From positions 32,001-96,000 of the IMG/VR virus record IMGVR_UViG_3300042731_011014: 64,000 nucleotides of DNA; one strand, 5' to 3'. Shown here one piece after another: positions 18,089 through 26,732 of the stretch; the first letter of the stretch is position 1; every line of letters starts with the position of its first letter. The position numbers were made by a program, and so were the translations under genes. The notes below the pieces were generated by a model. That model was not told the DNA's origin and did no database searches. It saw only the letters and a list, made by a program, of their open reading frames with translations. This stretch comes from a virus.

Positions 18089-18289
18089 ATGGAAGAAAGA
18101 AACGAGCACACCTATTCCTACTATAGCGGGGGGGGGTACTACCCCAAATTAGGGAAGTTCGGGACGGAGCTTATTAAAAAGAATAAAAAATTCGGATATT
18201 CCTTTGATTACAAAGGAATCTCCCATGGCCCATACGCTTCATGGGAAGAAGTCGTAAAAGCATTACGAAAATATCACAATAAACTTTAG
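18089..18289 (+). CDS. small hypothetical protein (66 aa) containing a G9 tract
   Basis: RBS AAAGGAG; GGGGGGGGG at 18128-18136. Confidence 0.7.
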   Translation: MEERNEHTYSYYSGGGYYPKLGKFGTELIKKNKKFGYSFDYKGISHGPYASWEEVVKALRKYHNKL

Positions 18290-18765
18290 GATCCTTCATT
18301 TTTTTTACCCAGTGCCGCCTTTATAGCTTTTATAGCTGCTTCCTTCATATTATCATCAATATCACCGTGTGTATGATCATAATCGAGCATCTTAACATTT
18401 AGGTCTTCAGCAAGATCTCTAGCTATCTTCCTATCAACAGCTTCGCGAATTGACTTCCATTCATCTGGATTATTTATCAATGACTGTGGTATACCGAATT
18501 CGTCATACTTTTCATCAATCTTGATACCTAGATCGTGAGCTGCCTTGCTAACGATCTCAATTTTTCCACCAACAAATTTCATAAAATTATCCAGACAATC
18601 TACAACCTTTTTCATTTCATTATCCAGATCCTTATCCACACCTTTGTTAAGTTCAAGATCATCACAGATCACGACCCTGCAAGTTGCTACACGATCTAGT
18701 ATCAATTTTACTCGATCCAAAAAATCAGACATGTCAGTACCTATTTGTTCTATTACTGTGCGCAC
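18286..18765 (-). CDS. hypothetical protein (159 aa)
   Basis: ORF track; converges on the plus-strand pair. Confidence 0.6.
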   Translation of the reverse strand: MRTVIEQIGTDMSDFLDRVKLILDRVATCRVVICDDLELNKGVDKDLDNEMKKVVDCLDNFMKFVGGKIEIVSKAAHDLGIKIDEKYDEFGIPQSLINNPDEWKSIREAVDRKIARDLAEDLNVKMLDYDHTHGDIDDNMKEAAIKAIKAALGKKNEGS

Positions 18766-19102
18766 CTTTACCAGTAACCGCTTTTATTCTTTGTGTCAAC
18801 TTACATCCCCTTGCTTTTACACATCCATACCGCTGACACCCACAATCAAGTGTAAGTATTTCACCTTTTTCTGTAATCAAGTCACAGGAACAATAGCCAT
18901 CCCCATCGGAATCTTGACTTGCACACGTTAAGCTTTTGATTTCACCAAGATTATCCGCGTACTCGGTAGCAGCCTTTAACGCCGCAGCATAATCGGCCCC
19001 GCAACTACCTATACCGCCAATAACCGCTGAACCGATAATCAAAACAACGGCCACACAAATAAGCAATTCACCTAGAGTTAATCCGCTTTCTCTTTTCATC
19101 AT
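18734..19102 (-). CDS. type IV pilin-like protein (prepilin class III signal, Cys-rich C-domain)
   Basis: MMKRESG|LTLGELLICVAVVLII has a basic leader, Gly at -1, Glu at +5 and a hydrophobic helix; C-domain has 7 Cys and DSDGDG. Confidence 0.7.
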   Translation of the reverse strand: MMKRESGLTLGELLICVAVVLIIGSAVIGGIGSCGADYAAALKAATEYADNLGEIKSLTCASQDSDGDGYCSCDLITEKGEILTLDCGCQRYGCVKARGCKLTQRIKAVTGKGAHSNRTNRY

Positions 19103-19137
19103 CCTTTTCCTTTCTTTATCGTTAAACTCTCAATATC

Positions 19138-19305
19138 CTATTTGCTGATCTTCTTTTCGTAATCTCTTAATTTTTTTACCGCCTCCAGCAGTGATGTTTC
19201 TGCAACCGCACTTGATTGAATCCCTATTGCACCAGCCCATGATTTAGCATACCTTACAATCTCTTCCTTTAGTCCTTGTAGTTTTTTTCTTTGATTACTT
19301 GTCAT
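19138..19305 (-). CDS. small hypothetical protein (55 aa, MTSNQRKKLQGL...)
   Basis: Open frame filling the gap, with an upstream GGAG RBS. Confidence 0.5.
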   Translation of the reverse strand: MTSNQRKKLQGLKEEIVRYAKSWAGAIGIQSSAVAETSLLEAVKKLRDYEKKISK

Positions 19306-19321
19306 CCCGGCTCCGCAGTGC

Positions 19322-19840
19322 TTACAAACAACACCTATAATACGTTATAAAAGAAAAGCTAACCTTTTCCTTTGACCTTCTATCGACACCTTTTGCATTT
19401 TCTTTATAGGCCAATCTCCATTTACTAAAATCAATGTTAGGGAAAAATGTATCAGCATCATAATCTCTATCTATTACAGTCAATTCAAGCACTGATGCAA
19501 TATCAAGTCCGGCCTTATAGATCCTTGATCCACCTATAAGAAAAGCTCTATTTTTGCAACCACTTTTTACATGCTTTATAGCATCATTAAAGTTATTGTA
19601 AACCGTAACATTGTCAGGATCAAACCCACTGTCAGATGTTAAAACAATATTCTCTCTTTTAGGTAATGGTCTGGATTTTTTAGGAAACGATTTATATGTC
19701 CTTATCCCCATAATACACGGGTAACCCATCGTAAGTTTTTTAAATCTAACAAAATCCTCTCTAATACTCCAAGGTATCTTGCCATTAATACCAATGGCGT
19801 TATTTCGCGCAATAGCAGCTATAATCGTAAAATCGACCAT
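19322..19840 (-). CDS. folA: dihydrofolate reductase
   Basis: IIAAIARNNAIGINGKIPW...EDFVRFKKLT..IMG.RTY.S..RPLP.REN, IGGSRIY, DADTFFP. Confidence 0.95.
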   Translation of the reverse strand: MVDFTIIAAIARNNAIGINGKIPWSIREDFVRFKKLTMGYPCIMGIRTYKSFPKKSRPLPKRENIVLTSDSGFDPDNVTVYNNFNDAIKHVKSGCKNRAFLIGGSRIYKAGLDIASVLELTVIDRDYDADTFFPNIDFSKWRLAYKENAKGVDRRSKEKVSFSFITYYRCCL

Positions 19841-20706
19841 TAAACTGCTATCTTGAAGCTTATTCTTTTATGATGCTTATAATCAATGATCGATGTATTC
19901 TCATAACTCCAATCAAAAATTGATTCAAAATTATCAGTTGAAATGGTTGGCAACTTGTAAGGATCCCTTGCTATTTGCTTTTTAAGGCCATCAACGTGAT
20001 TCCTGTAAATGTGGGTATCACCCAGAAAACCAATAAGACTACCTTCCTGAAATCCAGCATCTTTAGCAAGTAAATGGAGTAATAATCCATAACTTGCTAT
20101 ATTAAATGGAAGTCCCAACGCAACATCAATGGATCTTTGATTCCATATTAGGCTCAGTTTATTATTTATCACAATAACCTGATAACTGTAATGACATGGT
20201 GGAAGAGCCATGTCTTTTATCTGTACCGGGCTCCATGCTGAAACAATCATTCTCCTATCGTGAGGATCAGTTTTTAGTTTTTCAACTACCAACTTCAACT
20301 GATCGACGCCTTCTGTAGCAGGGGGGAGATTATATGCAGTGTACAATGCACCAAAATTTCTCCACTGGAATCCATAAATTGGACCTAGGTCCCTCTCTTC
20401 CATCATTTTTTTTCTTGTTTCATCATCATGACCATATGGTACTATATTAGGATTGCACCATTCATCCCAAATATGATTATCTCTGGCCTTAAGCCATTCC
20501 TTATCTGTTAAACCTTTTATAAAAAATTCTAACTCTGAGGCAACTAATCTAAAAGGAACAAACTTCGTTGTTACTAGAGGGAAACCAGTTGACATATCAT
20601 GTTCAAACATCGCACCAGGAATTGCTAAAGTATCGATCCCTGTTCTGTTTGACTTCCACTCGCCCTTAGAAAAAATCCTATTAATTATATCAATATACCT
20701 TTTCAT
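19840..20706 (-). CDS. thyA: thymidylate synthase ThyA
   Basis: NRTG, GPIYGFQWR, RRMIVSAW, ALPPCH, QRSIDVALGLPFNIASY, DTHIY.NH. Confidence 0.97.
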   Translation of the reverse strand: MKRYIDIINRIFSKGEWKSNRTGIDTLAIPGAMFEHDMSTGFPLVTTKFVPFRLVASELEFFIKGLTDKEWLKARDNHIWDEWCNPNIVPYGHDDETRKKMMEERDLGPIYGFQWRNFGALYTAYNLPPATEGVDQLKLVVEKLKTDPHDRRMIVSAWSPVQIKDMALPPCHYSYQVIVINNKLSLIWNQRSIDVALGLPFNIASYGLLLHLLAKDAGFQEGSLIGFLGDTHIYRNHVDGLKKQIARDPYKLPTISTDNFESIFDWSYENTSIIDYKHHKRISFKIAV

Positions 20707-20835
20707 AACTTTTCACCTAATAAATGCTTTGCTCTTTTCTGAACTGATTCCCATTCCAGTTTTAATGTCACCACCTCTTACCTTTAATAAAAACAGACTT
20801 TAATAGCGCATTAGCTCCAATTTTAACCGGATCCA

Positions 20836-21306
20836 TTACCAGTCACCCCGAAAATTAGAGAACGGCCAGCTAAACTTCCCCTCGCCGGGTGGTTTTTTAC
20901 CAGCAATCCTCATAAAATCCTCAAACAATCCGATAACAAAAGGTAATACCCTATCATCGCTAATAACACCATGAAGGATAATATCGTCTGGAAGCGTAAT
21001 AACACCCTTATAGCTTTGTCCATAAAGATCGTACAGGTAACTAACGACCGACTGCCATCCACCATAAACATCATTTGCTTCTCTGGCTATAGGGTTCCAT
21101 CCACCTTTTTTTACCCAATTGTAGTTATCAAATGATATATCATCATCATCTGACTTCCTCCATTCAGGTGACCTAATCATAGTAACAAAAGCTTTCTCGC
21201 CAAAGACAGGGGGGATATAGGGCCACATTACTATTTGGGCTATACAGTACTTTTTCGGATCTTTTCCGGCAGTAACCAAATGCGCCATCACTATTTTCTT
21301 AAACAT
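20836..21306 (-). CDS. hypothetical protein (start revised to MFKK...)
   Basis: RBS AAGGAG precedes the ATG at 21306; the ORF-track extension to 21363 runs into the tRNA-like element. Confidence 0.6.
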   Translation of the reverse strand: MFKKIVMAHLVTAGKDPKKYCIAQIVMWPYIPPVFGEKAFVTMIRSPEWRKSDDDDISFDNYNWVKKGGWNPIAREANDVYGGWQSVVSYLYDLYGQSYKGVITLPDDIILHGVISDDRVLPFVIGLFEDFMRIAGKKPPGEGKFSWPFSNFRGDW

Positions 21307-21321
21307 ACTTACTCCTTGCTT

Positions 21322-21410
21322 TGGCCCCCTCCGCCAGATTCGAACTGGATCTTTTACCGACATTGAGGCCTATACCCGGTAAACGTTTTACCCTATAAAC
21401 TAAAGAGGGG
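21322..21410 (-). tRNA. atypical tRNA-like gene with enlarged anticodon arm (identity not assignable)
   Basis: Acceptor CCCCTCT/GGAGGGG + G73 + encoded CCA; D-arm GTTT-ATAGGGTA-AAAC; T-arm CCAG-TTCGAAT-CTGG; anticodon arm TTTACCG-17 nt-CGGTAAA. Confidence 0.75.
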
Positions 21411-21542
21411 CTTTTAAATCATCAGAGACCGTTTATCTTCCTGAATCTCCTCTTTTTTTTCAATCTTATTACTTTACTTTTTCCTTGACCTTTTTCTGGA
21501 TCTGTCTTTTCTTCTTCTATAATCTCTTTTTACCATAATTAC

Positions 21543-21803
21543 TTACCTGTTCATATTAAATGGAAGCAAATAATCATACTGTTCTGCAAAGTTCATCTCA
21601 TCAAGTATTCTAGCTAAATCTCTGGAATAGGGAACTACTATTCCAAAAACAACTAGCTCCTCGTCATCGCTCTTTTTAATAACCACAGGGAAGGGTGTAT
21701 TCTTTACCTTCTGAACTCTAACAAGATTTCCAACTTCATAACTTACCGGATCAGAAGTCTTGTAAATCACTCTACATCCGATTATTCGCTCAATCCTCTG
21801 CAT
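21543..21803 (-). CDS. hypothetical protein (86 aa)
   Basis: TAATG coupling to the upstream gene. Confidence 0.6.
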   Translation of the reverse strand: MQRIERIIGCRVIYKTSDPVSYEVGNLVRVQKVKNTPFPVVIKKSDDEELVVFGIVVPYSRDLARILDEMNFAEQYDYLLPFNMNR

Positions 21804-23125
21804 TAAAATTTAGATCCCTTTTCTTGCAACCCGATTATTATTGAAGAATAAATTTTATGCATTTCCTCTTTAAACTCAACAGTATGATTGCCAGCAGTAC
21901 AATGTGCAAGTTCTTCGATAATGGTTGATAGCAGATCTTTCTTATCAACCAATACATTCCTTGATATTCTTATTCTTTTTTGTGCACGAGAGTACCCACC
22001 CATAATCTTATCATCCATAAACTCAACAATATCCAAAAATTTGTCGAGATCTTCTTTGCCCATAAACGCAACCAGCCTGCTAACCCACAGCAAGTTATTT
22101 CTCTCCACACTATTAAGAGAACCCACATCAAACTCATTTCTTACCTCATTGCCAACTGTTTTCAACTCCTGTAGATTATATTTTTTATCCAATACCTTCC
22201 TTAAGCCAGATCCAACTACAATCCCCTGTTTCCCGAGGTGAGACACTTCATTAAGATCATCCATGGATCTAACTGGAAACGAATCCTTACCATGCTTTTC
22301 TTCAAACATTTCACCGATTTTATCGGCAAAAATATCATCAACACAATAGCGACTCGCGAAGTGCTCAGTATCGGCCGCATTTGTTGAGAGGAGAGAAAAA
22401 GCAGCACTGTAAAGATTTTTATCTTTTTTTGTTAACTTTTCCCATAGTGCAGTAATTTCATAAGAAAAATCGAATGAATTGATCATTTTTCGATCACGAT
22501 CCGTTTGAGCATTAAAGAGATCGTATCCGTAAGTCATATCCTCTTTATGTTCAATAAATATACCCTTAATATAAATGTTTCCAGCTAATCTTTTGTCAAG
22601 CAATAGTCTGCCCTTATCCAAATCAATAGATTCTATTTTCTTATCGCCCAAAAACAAGATACGATGATTCAGCATTTTCCAGTCGTCTAGATTTACACCA
22701 ATGATCTCAACTATTACACCGCTGCAATCCTTGCGCTTAGCCGTGTCAAAAGCCAGTACCTTTTCATTGTCAAAGTTTTTCGAAAACACAAAAGAAGGGG
22801 TCCACAACTCGCTACCATTACGGATTTTTACGCCATGCCCTGCTTTTAACAGGGCAATAATGCCCAGTTTTAGACCCTCTCCATACTCACCGATCTGATC
22901 ATTTTTCCCTTTTTTATCAGTATACCCGTAAAGCATATGCTTTTTTGATAGAAGAGCACCATTATTCGATACCCTAAGAAGCTTCTTCTTAGGAAGATAT
23001 TTAACGGCCATTACATGGCCCCTCGAGTCTTCATCCTTTGCATTTTGGAGAATCTCCCGACACCCTTCCCAAACACCCCAATCAGGCACACAATCAATAA
23101 ACATAGACAATTCAAATCTGGGCAT
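21803..23125 (-). CDS. GHKL (HATPase_c/Hsp90-like) ATPase with C-terminal zincin-like EELAH motif
   Basis: REILQNAKD (N box), SNNG, GYTDK, IGEYGEGLKLG (G boxes); C-terminal IIEELAH. Confidence 0.75.
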   Translation of the reverse strand: MPRFELSMFIDCVPDWGVWEGCREILQNAKDEDSRGHVMAVKYLPKKKLLRVSNNGALLSKKHMLYGYTDKKGKNDQIGEYGEGLKLGIIALLKAGHGVKIRNGSELWTPSFVFSKNFDNEKVLAFDTAKRKDCSGVIVEIIGVNLDDWKMLNHRILFLGDKKIESIDLDKGRLLLDKRLAGNIYIKGIFIEHKEDMTYGYDLFNAQTDRDRKMINSFDFSYEITALWEKLTKKDKNLYSAAFSLLSTNAADTEHFASRYCVDDIFADKIGEMFEEKHGKDSFPVRSMDDLNEVSHLGKQGIVVGSGLRKVLDKKYNLQELKTVGNEVRNEFDVGSLNSVERNNLLWVSRLVAFMGKEDLDKFLDIVEFMDDKIMGGYSRAQKRIRISRNVLVDKKDLLSTIIEELAHCTAGNHTVEFKEEMHKIYSSIIIGLQEKGSKF

Positions 23126-23360
23126 TACTTATTTCCTCATAATTAGGCTCATCGGTAAAATCATAGGTTTCACCGCATGACCTACACTTAACAATTAAGA
23201 CCCTGTTTTCAGCACAAAATTTATCGATTGAAAGATTATCGCTCCCACAGTCACACTGATCCATGAAATTAAAAACAATATCATCATCAGGTAGGGTATC
23301 ATCCCACTCTGCGGGAACGTTAGTTTTCCAGGAATCGTAATAATTGAATGAATTATCCAT
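23112..23360 (-). CDS. small zinc-ribbon protein
   Basis: CDCG...CRSCG. Confidence 0.6.
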   Translation of the reverse strand: MDNSFNYYDSWKTNVPAEWDDTLPDDDIVFNFMDQCDCGSDNLSIDKFCAENRVLIVKCRSCGETYDFTDEPNYEEISNAQI

Positions 23361-23598
23361 TATTAAACGCCTCCATTAAATCAATCTTAATAATAACTCG
23401 ACTAGGTACCATTTGGCCGGACGGGATTACATTTACATCCAAAAGCCCACACTCGGCATATCCAACCTGATTATTATCACCGGTGATAATAATAAACCCG
23501 CAAACTTGGCCTTCGCTTCGAACTTTAATCAAAGCGAAGGCACCGCTATCTAGGAAGCCTAAAAAAACATCATATCCCATCTTCATTTTTTGAAGCAT
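23353..23598 (-). CDS. hypothetical protein (81 aa)
   Basis: RBS AAGGAG upstream. Confidence 0.6.
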   Translation of the reverse strand: MLQKMKMGYDVFLGFLDSGAFALIKVRSEGQVCGFIIITGDNNQVGYAECGLLDVNVIPSGQMVPSRVIIKIDLMEAFNNG

Positions 23599-23612
23599 TA
23601 TTTTCTCCTTGT

Positions 23613-23659
23613 AAAAAAAAAAAAAACGGCTGTAGCTGGATTAGCTAGGTCCCAGCCGC
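23613..23659 (-). terminator. intrinsic terminator
   Basis: GCGGCTG...CAGCCGT stem (with inner TAGCT/AGCTA) followed by about 14 T on the minus strand. Confidence 0.75.
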
Positions 23660-23676
23660 CAAGACCACAATCAAGG

Positions 23677-24267
23677 TTATCTCTCACCCTTAATCTCTCT
23701 CTCGATCTCATCGCGCCAATCATCCAAAAAACACGACATGTCGCCCTCTTGAATATATTCCAAGATTACATCAAATATTGTCCCAACCTCATACGCCCCT
23801 TTATCTTCATCGTATTTCACAAAACCCTCACAAAAATACGATGTATCCATTTCGCCTACACCTTGAGTCAAAATAGTAGCAACGTGCTCAGTCGAGTCGC
23901 TGAAATATTCATTGTTTTGCAGTGTGACAATAGTGCCATCGGCGAAGATGCAAGCCCTATTTCCACCATTGTGATTCACTAAAACCTCTTTCGCTAGTTC
24001 GTCCCAATCGATCCGATCATAGAGGGCTAAAACAAATTTATCTAAAACAAACTCGTAGGCAGCTTCGGCTAGAAACTGAGGCGATCCACATCTGACCAGA
24101 TTATCAATCTCATCCTCAAGGCTATCACGGTTCCATTTGCATTGTTTTTCGAACAAATCTAATGGCTTAACGTTAAAATAATTGTTCCAGTTAAATTTAT
24201 ATCCATTGGCTTTTTCGAATTTTTCTTGACATGACATTATTTTTTCCTTGATTGAAAGATTTGCCAC
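23677..24267 (-). CDS. hypothetical acidic protein (196 aa)
   Basis: Follows the conserved promoter; purine-rich RBS. Confidence 0.6.
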   Translation of the reverse strand: MANLSIKEKIMSCQEKFEKANGYKFNWNNYFNVKPLDLFEKQCKWNRDSLEDEIDNLVRCGSPQFLAEAAYEFVLDKFVLALYDRIDWDELAKEVLVNHNGGNRACIFADGTIVTLQNNEYFSDSTEHVATILTQGVGEMDTSYFCEGFVKYDEDKGAYEVGTIFDVILEYIQEGDMSCFLDDWRDEIEREIKGER

Positions 24268-24285
24268 CCCTTTTCCCCTCCCGCC

Positions 24286-24327
24286 CTACAATTAAATGGT
24301 GACAGGTGGACGGAAAAGATCAAGGGT
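24286..24327 (-). promoter_or_regulatory. conserved phage early-type promoter, copy 2
   Basis: ACCCTTGATCTTTT...TGTCACCATTTAATTGTAG. Confidence 0.7.
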
Positions 24328-24399
24328 AAAAATTAAGAAAGATAAGAAAAATTAGGTAGTTAAAGGTGGTTCATTCCTCACCAAAAACCACATTGGCCG

Positions 24400-24612
24400 T
24401 CATATCGTTCGTTTCAACTTCCCTTCTAATTCCTCCCAATCCTTTAATTGCTTAGGCCCAAAACAATCTTTACAAACATTCCTATGGGGATACATGGTTC
24501 CAGCATGCATAGCCTCGTTATATGAAAGGGCTCTTTCCCTATATTTGCCAAAAACCTCCCCTTTTTCTATTTTTTTATTGCATTTTACACAGTTTCGCTG
24601 TTTTTTTTGCAT
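24400..24612 (-). CDS. small zinc-finger-like protein
   Basis: CVKC...H...CKDC. Confidence 0.6.
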   Translation of the reverse strand: MQKKQRNCVKCNKKIEKGEVFGKYRERALSYNEAMHAGTMYPHRNVCKDCFGPKQLKDWEELEGKLKRTI

Positions 24613-24677
24613 AATAAAATTTCATTGTTTTTTCCTTGAAAAAGATATTTTGGCCCCCCTCTCAACCCTTCCCCTCC

Positions 24678-24720
24678 CTACAATTAAATCGTGACAGCTC
24701 GAACCCAAAAAATCAAGGGT
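24678..24720 (-). promoter_or_regulatory. conserved phage early-type promoter, copy 3
   Basis: ACCCTTGATTTTTT...TGTCACGATTTAATTGTAG. Confidence 0.7.
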
Positions 24721-24759
24721 AGAAAATTAAATATTTCAGTAGATACGTAGGATAAAGGT

Positions 24760-26253
24760 CTACAATGCAGTATTTTCGTGAAGCGTAGGCTCTTCTGACG
24801 AATTCATTCTCACTATGAACTCATGTAGGTTTTTGTTTATCTGTAGTACACTCTGGGCTCGTGTAGTGGCCACATAGATCAGGTTTAGCTCTTCAGGATC
24901 CATGTCTTTAGGGCTCACCAGTTCCCCCATATCGCCAAATAGAGATTCGAAGTCATCTACTAGCCTCACCTGGTCAAACTCCAGCCCCTTAGCCTTGTGG
25001 CAGGTTGAGAACACTATTTCTGCATTATCCTGCTCAACAGTAGCAGTCCTGATCGCCTTCACAAGATCAGGTATCCGCGTACCGTACTGATCAACGACAG
25101 TACATCGGGTAGTCAACTCAAAATCCTCAACTTCCTTGGCGAACTCTTTAAGATCTGAGTACCTATTAAAACTAGCTATATACGGATCTCTGATAAATTC
25201 TTTATTGCCGCATGCCAGCCAGTAGGTATCTACAATTAAATCGAATCTATATCCATTAATCCCACCTACAAAGGCAATTTTCTTACTCAAATGGTTTTCA
25301 ACAATCTCCCTAAAAAGTCCTGAATTCGTTCGGGCAATTACTGCACACTTACCACTAGCATCCCCTATCTCGCTGTTATAAAAATCAGATCCGATAATAG
25401 AGTTTTTTTCCCCACGAAACTGCTGCAACAAAAGTGATGCAAGATCGGCGATTTTCTGACCAAATCGAAAGCTTTTGGTTAAATACTTAATTTCAGTCGC
25501 TTTTATCTCCTCAAGAAAATTTTTACAACCTCTCCAACCATAGATTGCTTGGTACGGATCACCTACCAAAATCTTGGGACATTTTTGCATAAAAATAAAA
25601 TCTGCTGTCACCGGGTTCGTATCTTGAGCTTCGTCAAGCATGATGCAATCAAAATTCAATCTTGGTTTTGATAGCTGATAAATCTTTAGATATCCATCAT
25701 GTAGCATACCAATGGATTCATCACTTCTATCGGCCATTTTTTTCCAAATATCTTTAGCCATTTTAACGAGATTATTCATTTTTAATTTAAGATCGCCTTT
25801 TTTGTCAGAATCGCTATTATTTTTCAGGTATTCAAACCCCATTGGTGTTATATGCTTCGCAGATATTAGATTATCGTCCGACACCAAATATGCGGTAACT
25901 GCATCCATCGCAAAACGCACCTTCTTGTAGTTATTAACCGACAATGCATCACATACGGTATTTACTTTCAAACTCGATATTAGCTTGTGTCTATACTTTG
26001 CTCCAAAATTACGCCAAGCTAAGCTATGGGAAGTCTTTGCAGTTACATTTTTAGGGAATTTTTTCTGCGCCTCAAGCTGAACACTTTTATTAAACGCAAC
26101 ATAAAGAAACTCAGTTTTAGGCCTTGCCTTGGCATACTCGACAAGCGTTGAAGTTTTGCCGGTCCCTGCAAACGCCATTACCTTTAAAACATCCCTGTCA
26201 TTAAGATCAAAATCAACTATATCATTCTGCTCTGCGGTCATTCGCATAAACAT
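24760..26253 (-). CDS. UvrD/Rep-like (FBH1-like) superfamily 1 DNA helicase
   Basis: MAFAGTGKT, LDEAQD, VGDPYQAIYGWRG, SFRFG, STCHKAKGLEF, YVATTRA. Confidence 0.92.
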   Translation of the reverse strand: MFMRMTAEQNDIVDFDLNDRDVLKVMAFAGTGKTSTLVEYAKARPKTEFLYVAFNKSVQLEAQKKFPKNVTAKTSHSLAWRNFGAKYRHKLISSLKVNTVCDALSVNNYKKVRFAMDAVTAYLVSDDNLISAKHITPMGFEYLKNNSDSDKKGDLKLKMNNLVKMAKDIWKKMADRSDESIGMLHDGYLKIYQLSKPRLNFDCIMLDEAQDTNPVTADFIFMQKCPKILVGDPYQAIYGWRGCKNFLEEIKATEIKYLTKSFRFGQKIADLASLLLQQFRGEKNSIIGSDFYNSEIGDASGKCAVIARTNSGLFREIVENHLSKKIAFVGGINGYRFDLIVDTYWLACGNKEFIRDPYIASFNRYSDLKEFAKEVEDFELTTRCTVVDQYGTRIPDLVKAIRTATVEQDNAEIVFSTCHKAKGLEFDQVRLVDDFESLFGDMGELVSPKDMDPEELNLIYVATTRAQSVLQINKNLHEFIVRMNSSEEPTLHENTAL

Positions 26254-26259
26254 TATTAT

Positions 26260-26499
26260 CTGTTCCTTATTTGTTGCTCAAAGTTACTGTTCTACAGGTA
26301 ATTCGCTCTCAGTTGATACCAAATCTTTGGTGCAACTTGAGTCTTGGTTGAGCAGTCCCAACCGGTAGCTATCAGTCCGTTTTTGCAATATGGATTTCAC
26401 TTCCTTAAAGTTTGTCCAACGATCTATCTCAGGATCATATAATCTTGCTAAAACGTTTTTAGCAGCATTCTCATCAGCCTGATATACTTCCCCTATAAT
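26260..26499 (-). mobile_element. TnpB 3'-terminal fragment (RuvC-III region and putative guide-RNA scaffold); no start codon, no transposase
   Basis: Frame 26499->26284 reads IIGEVYQADENAAKNVLARLYDPEIDRW...RLGLLNQDSS...STESELP; AD-x-NAA-x-N[IV] is the TnpB RuvC-III motif. Confidence 0.7.
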
Positions 26500-26731
26500 T
26501 TAACTCCTTAAACTCTCTTATCTCATCAAACTCAGTTAGCATAATCCTTATTGATAATGATCTCGGCTGTGGCTTGACATAGATATTTCCAATTTCACTA
26601 GCATATATTGCTGATAACCCTAGGCAAATATCCTTTCTTTTACTCACCATCTCCCCTATCTTCTCATTCCTGAGGTACACTACATACTTCACCCCAAACA
26701 AAAACCTTTTTATCTCGCCTAGAATATTCAT
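26474..26731 (-). CDS. hypothetical protein (probable start MNILG at 26731); stop codon lies inside the TnpB fragment
   Basis: RBS GGAG before 26731; last codons overlap the TnpB remnant. Confidence 0.55.
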   Translation of the reverse strand: MNILGEIKRFLFGVKYVVYLRNEKIGEMVSKRKDICLGLSAIYASEIGNIYVKPQPRSLSIRIMLTEFDEIREFKELNYRGSISG

Positions 26732-26732
26732 C

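Noticed and set aside
19840-20706. Group I intron in thyA, as in T4 td
   Set aside because: ThyA is continuous at 288 aa with all motifs in one frame.
21307-21363. N-terminal extension MSVKDPVRIWRRGPKQGVS of ORF 20836..21363
   Set aside because: It overlaps the T-arm and acceptor of the tRNA-like gene; a good RBS precedes the ATG at 21306.
21322-21410. Assignment as tRNA-Sec, tRNA-His or an intron-containing tRNA
   Set aside because: No long variable arm, no C-U-UCA loop, G73 rather than C73, and no excision restores a U33 loop.
25229-25243. CTACAATTAAATCG match to the promoter family inside uvrD
   Set aside because: It lacks the TCAC and ACCCTTGA parts and lies mid-CDS.
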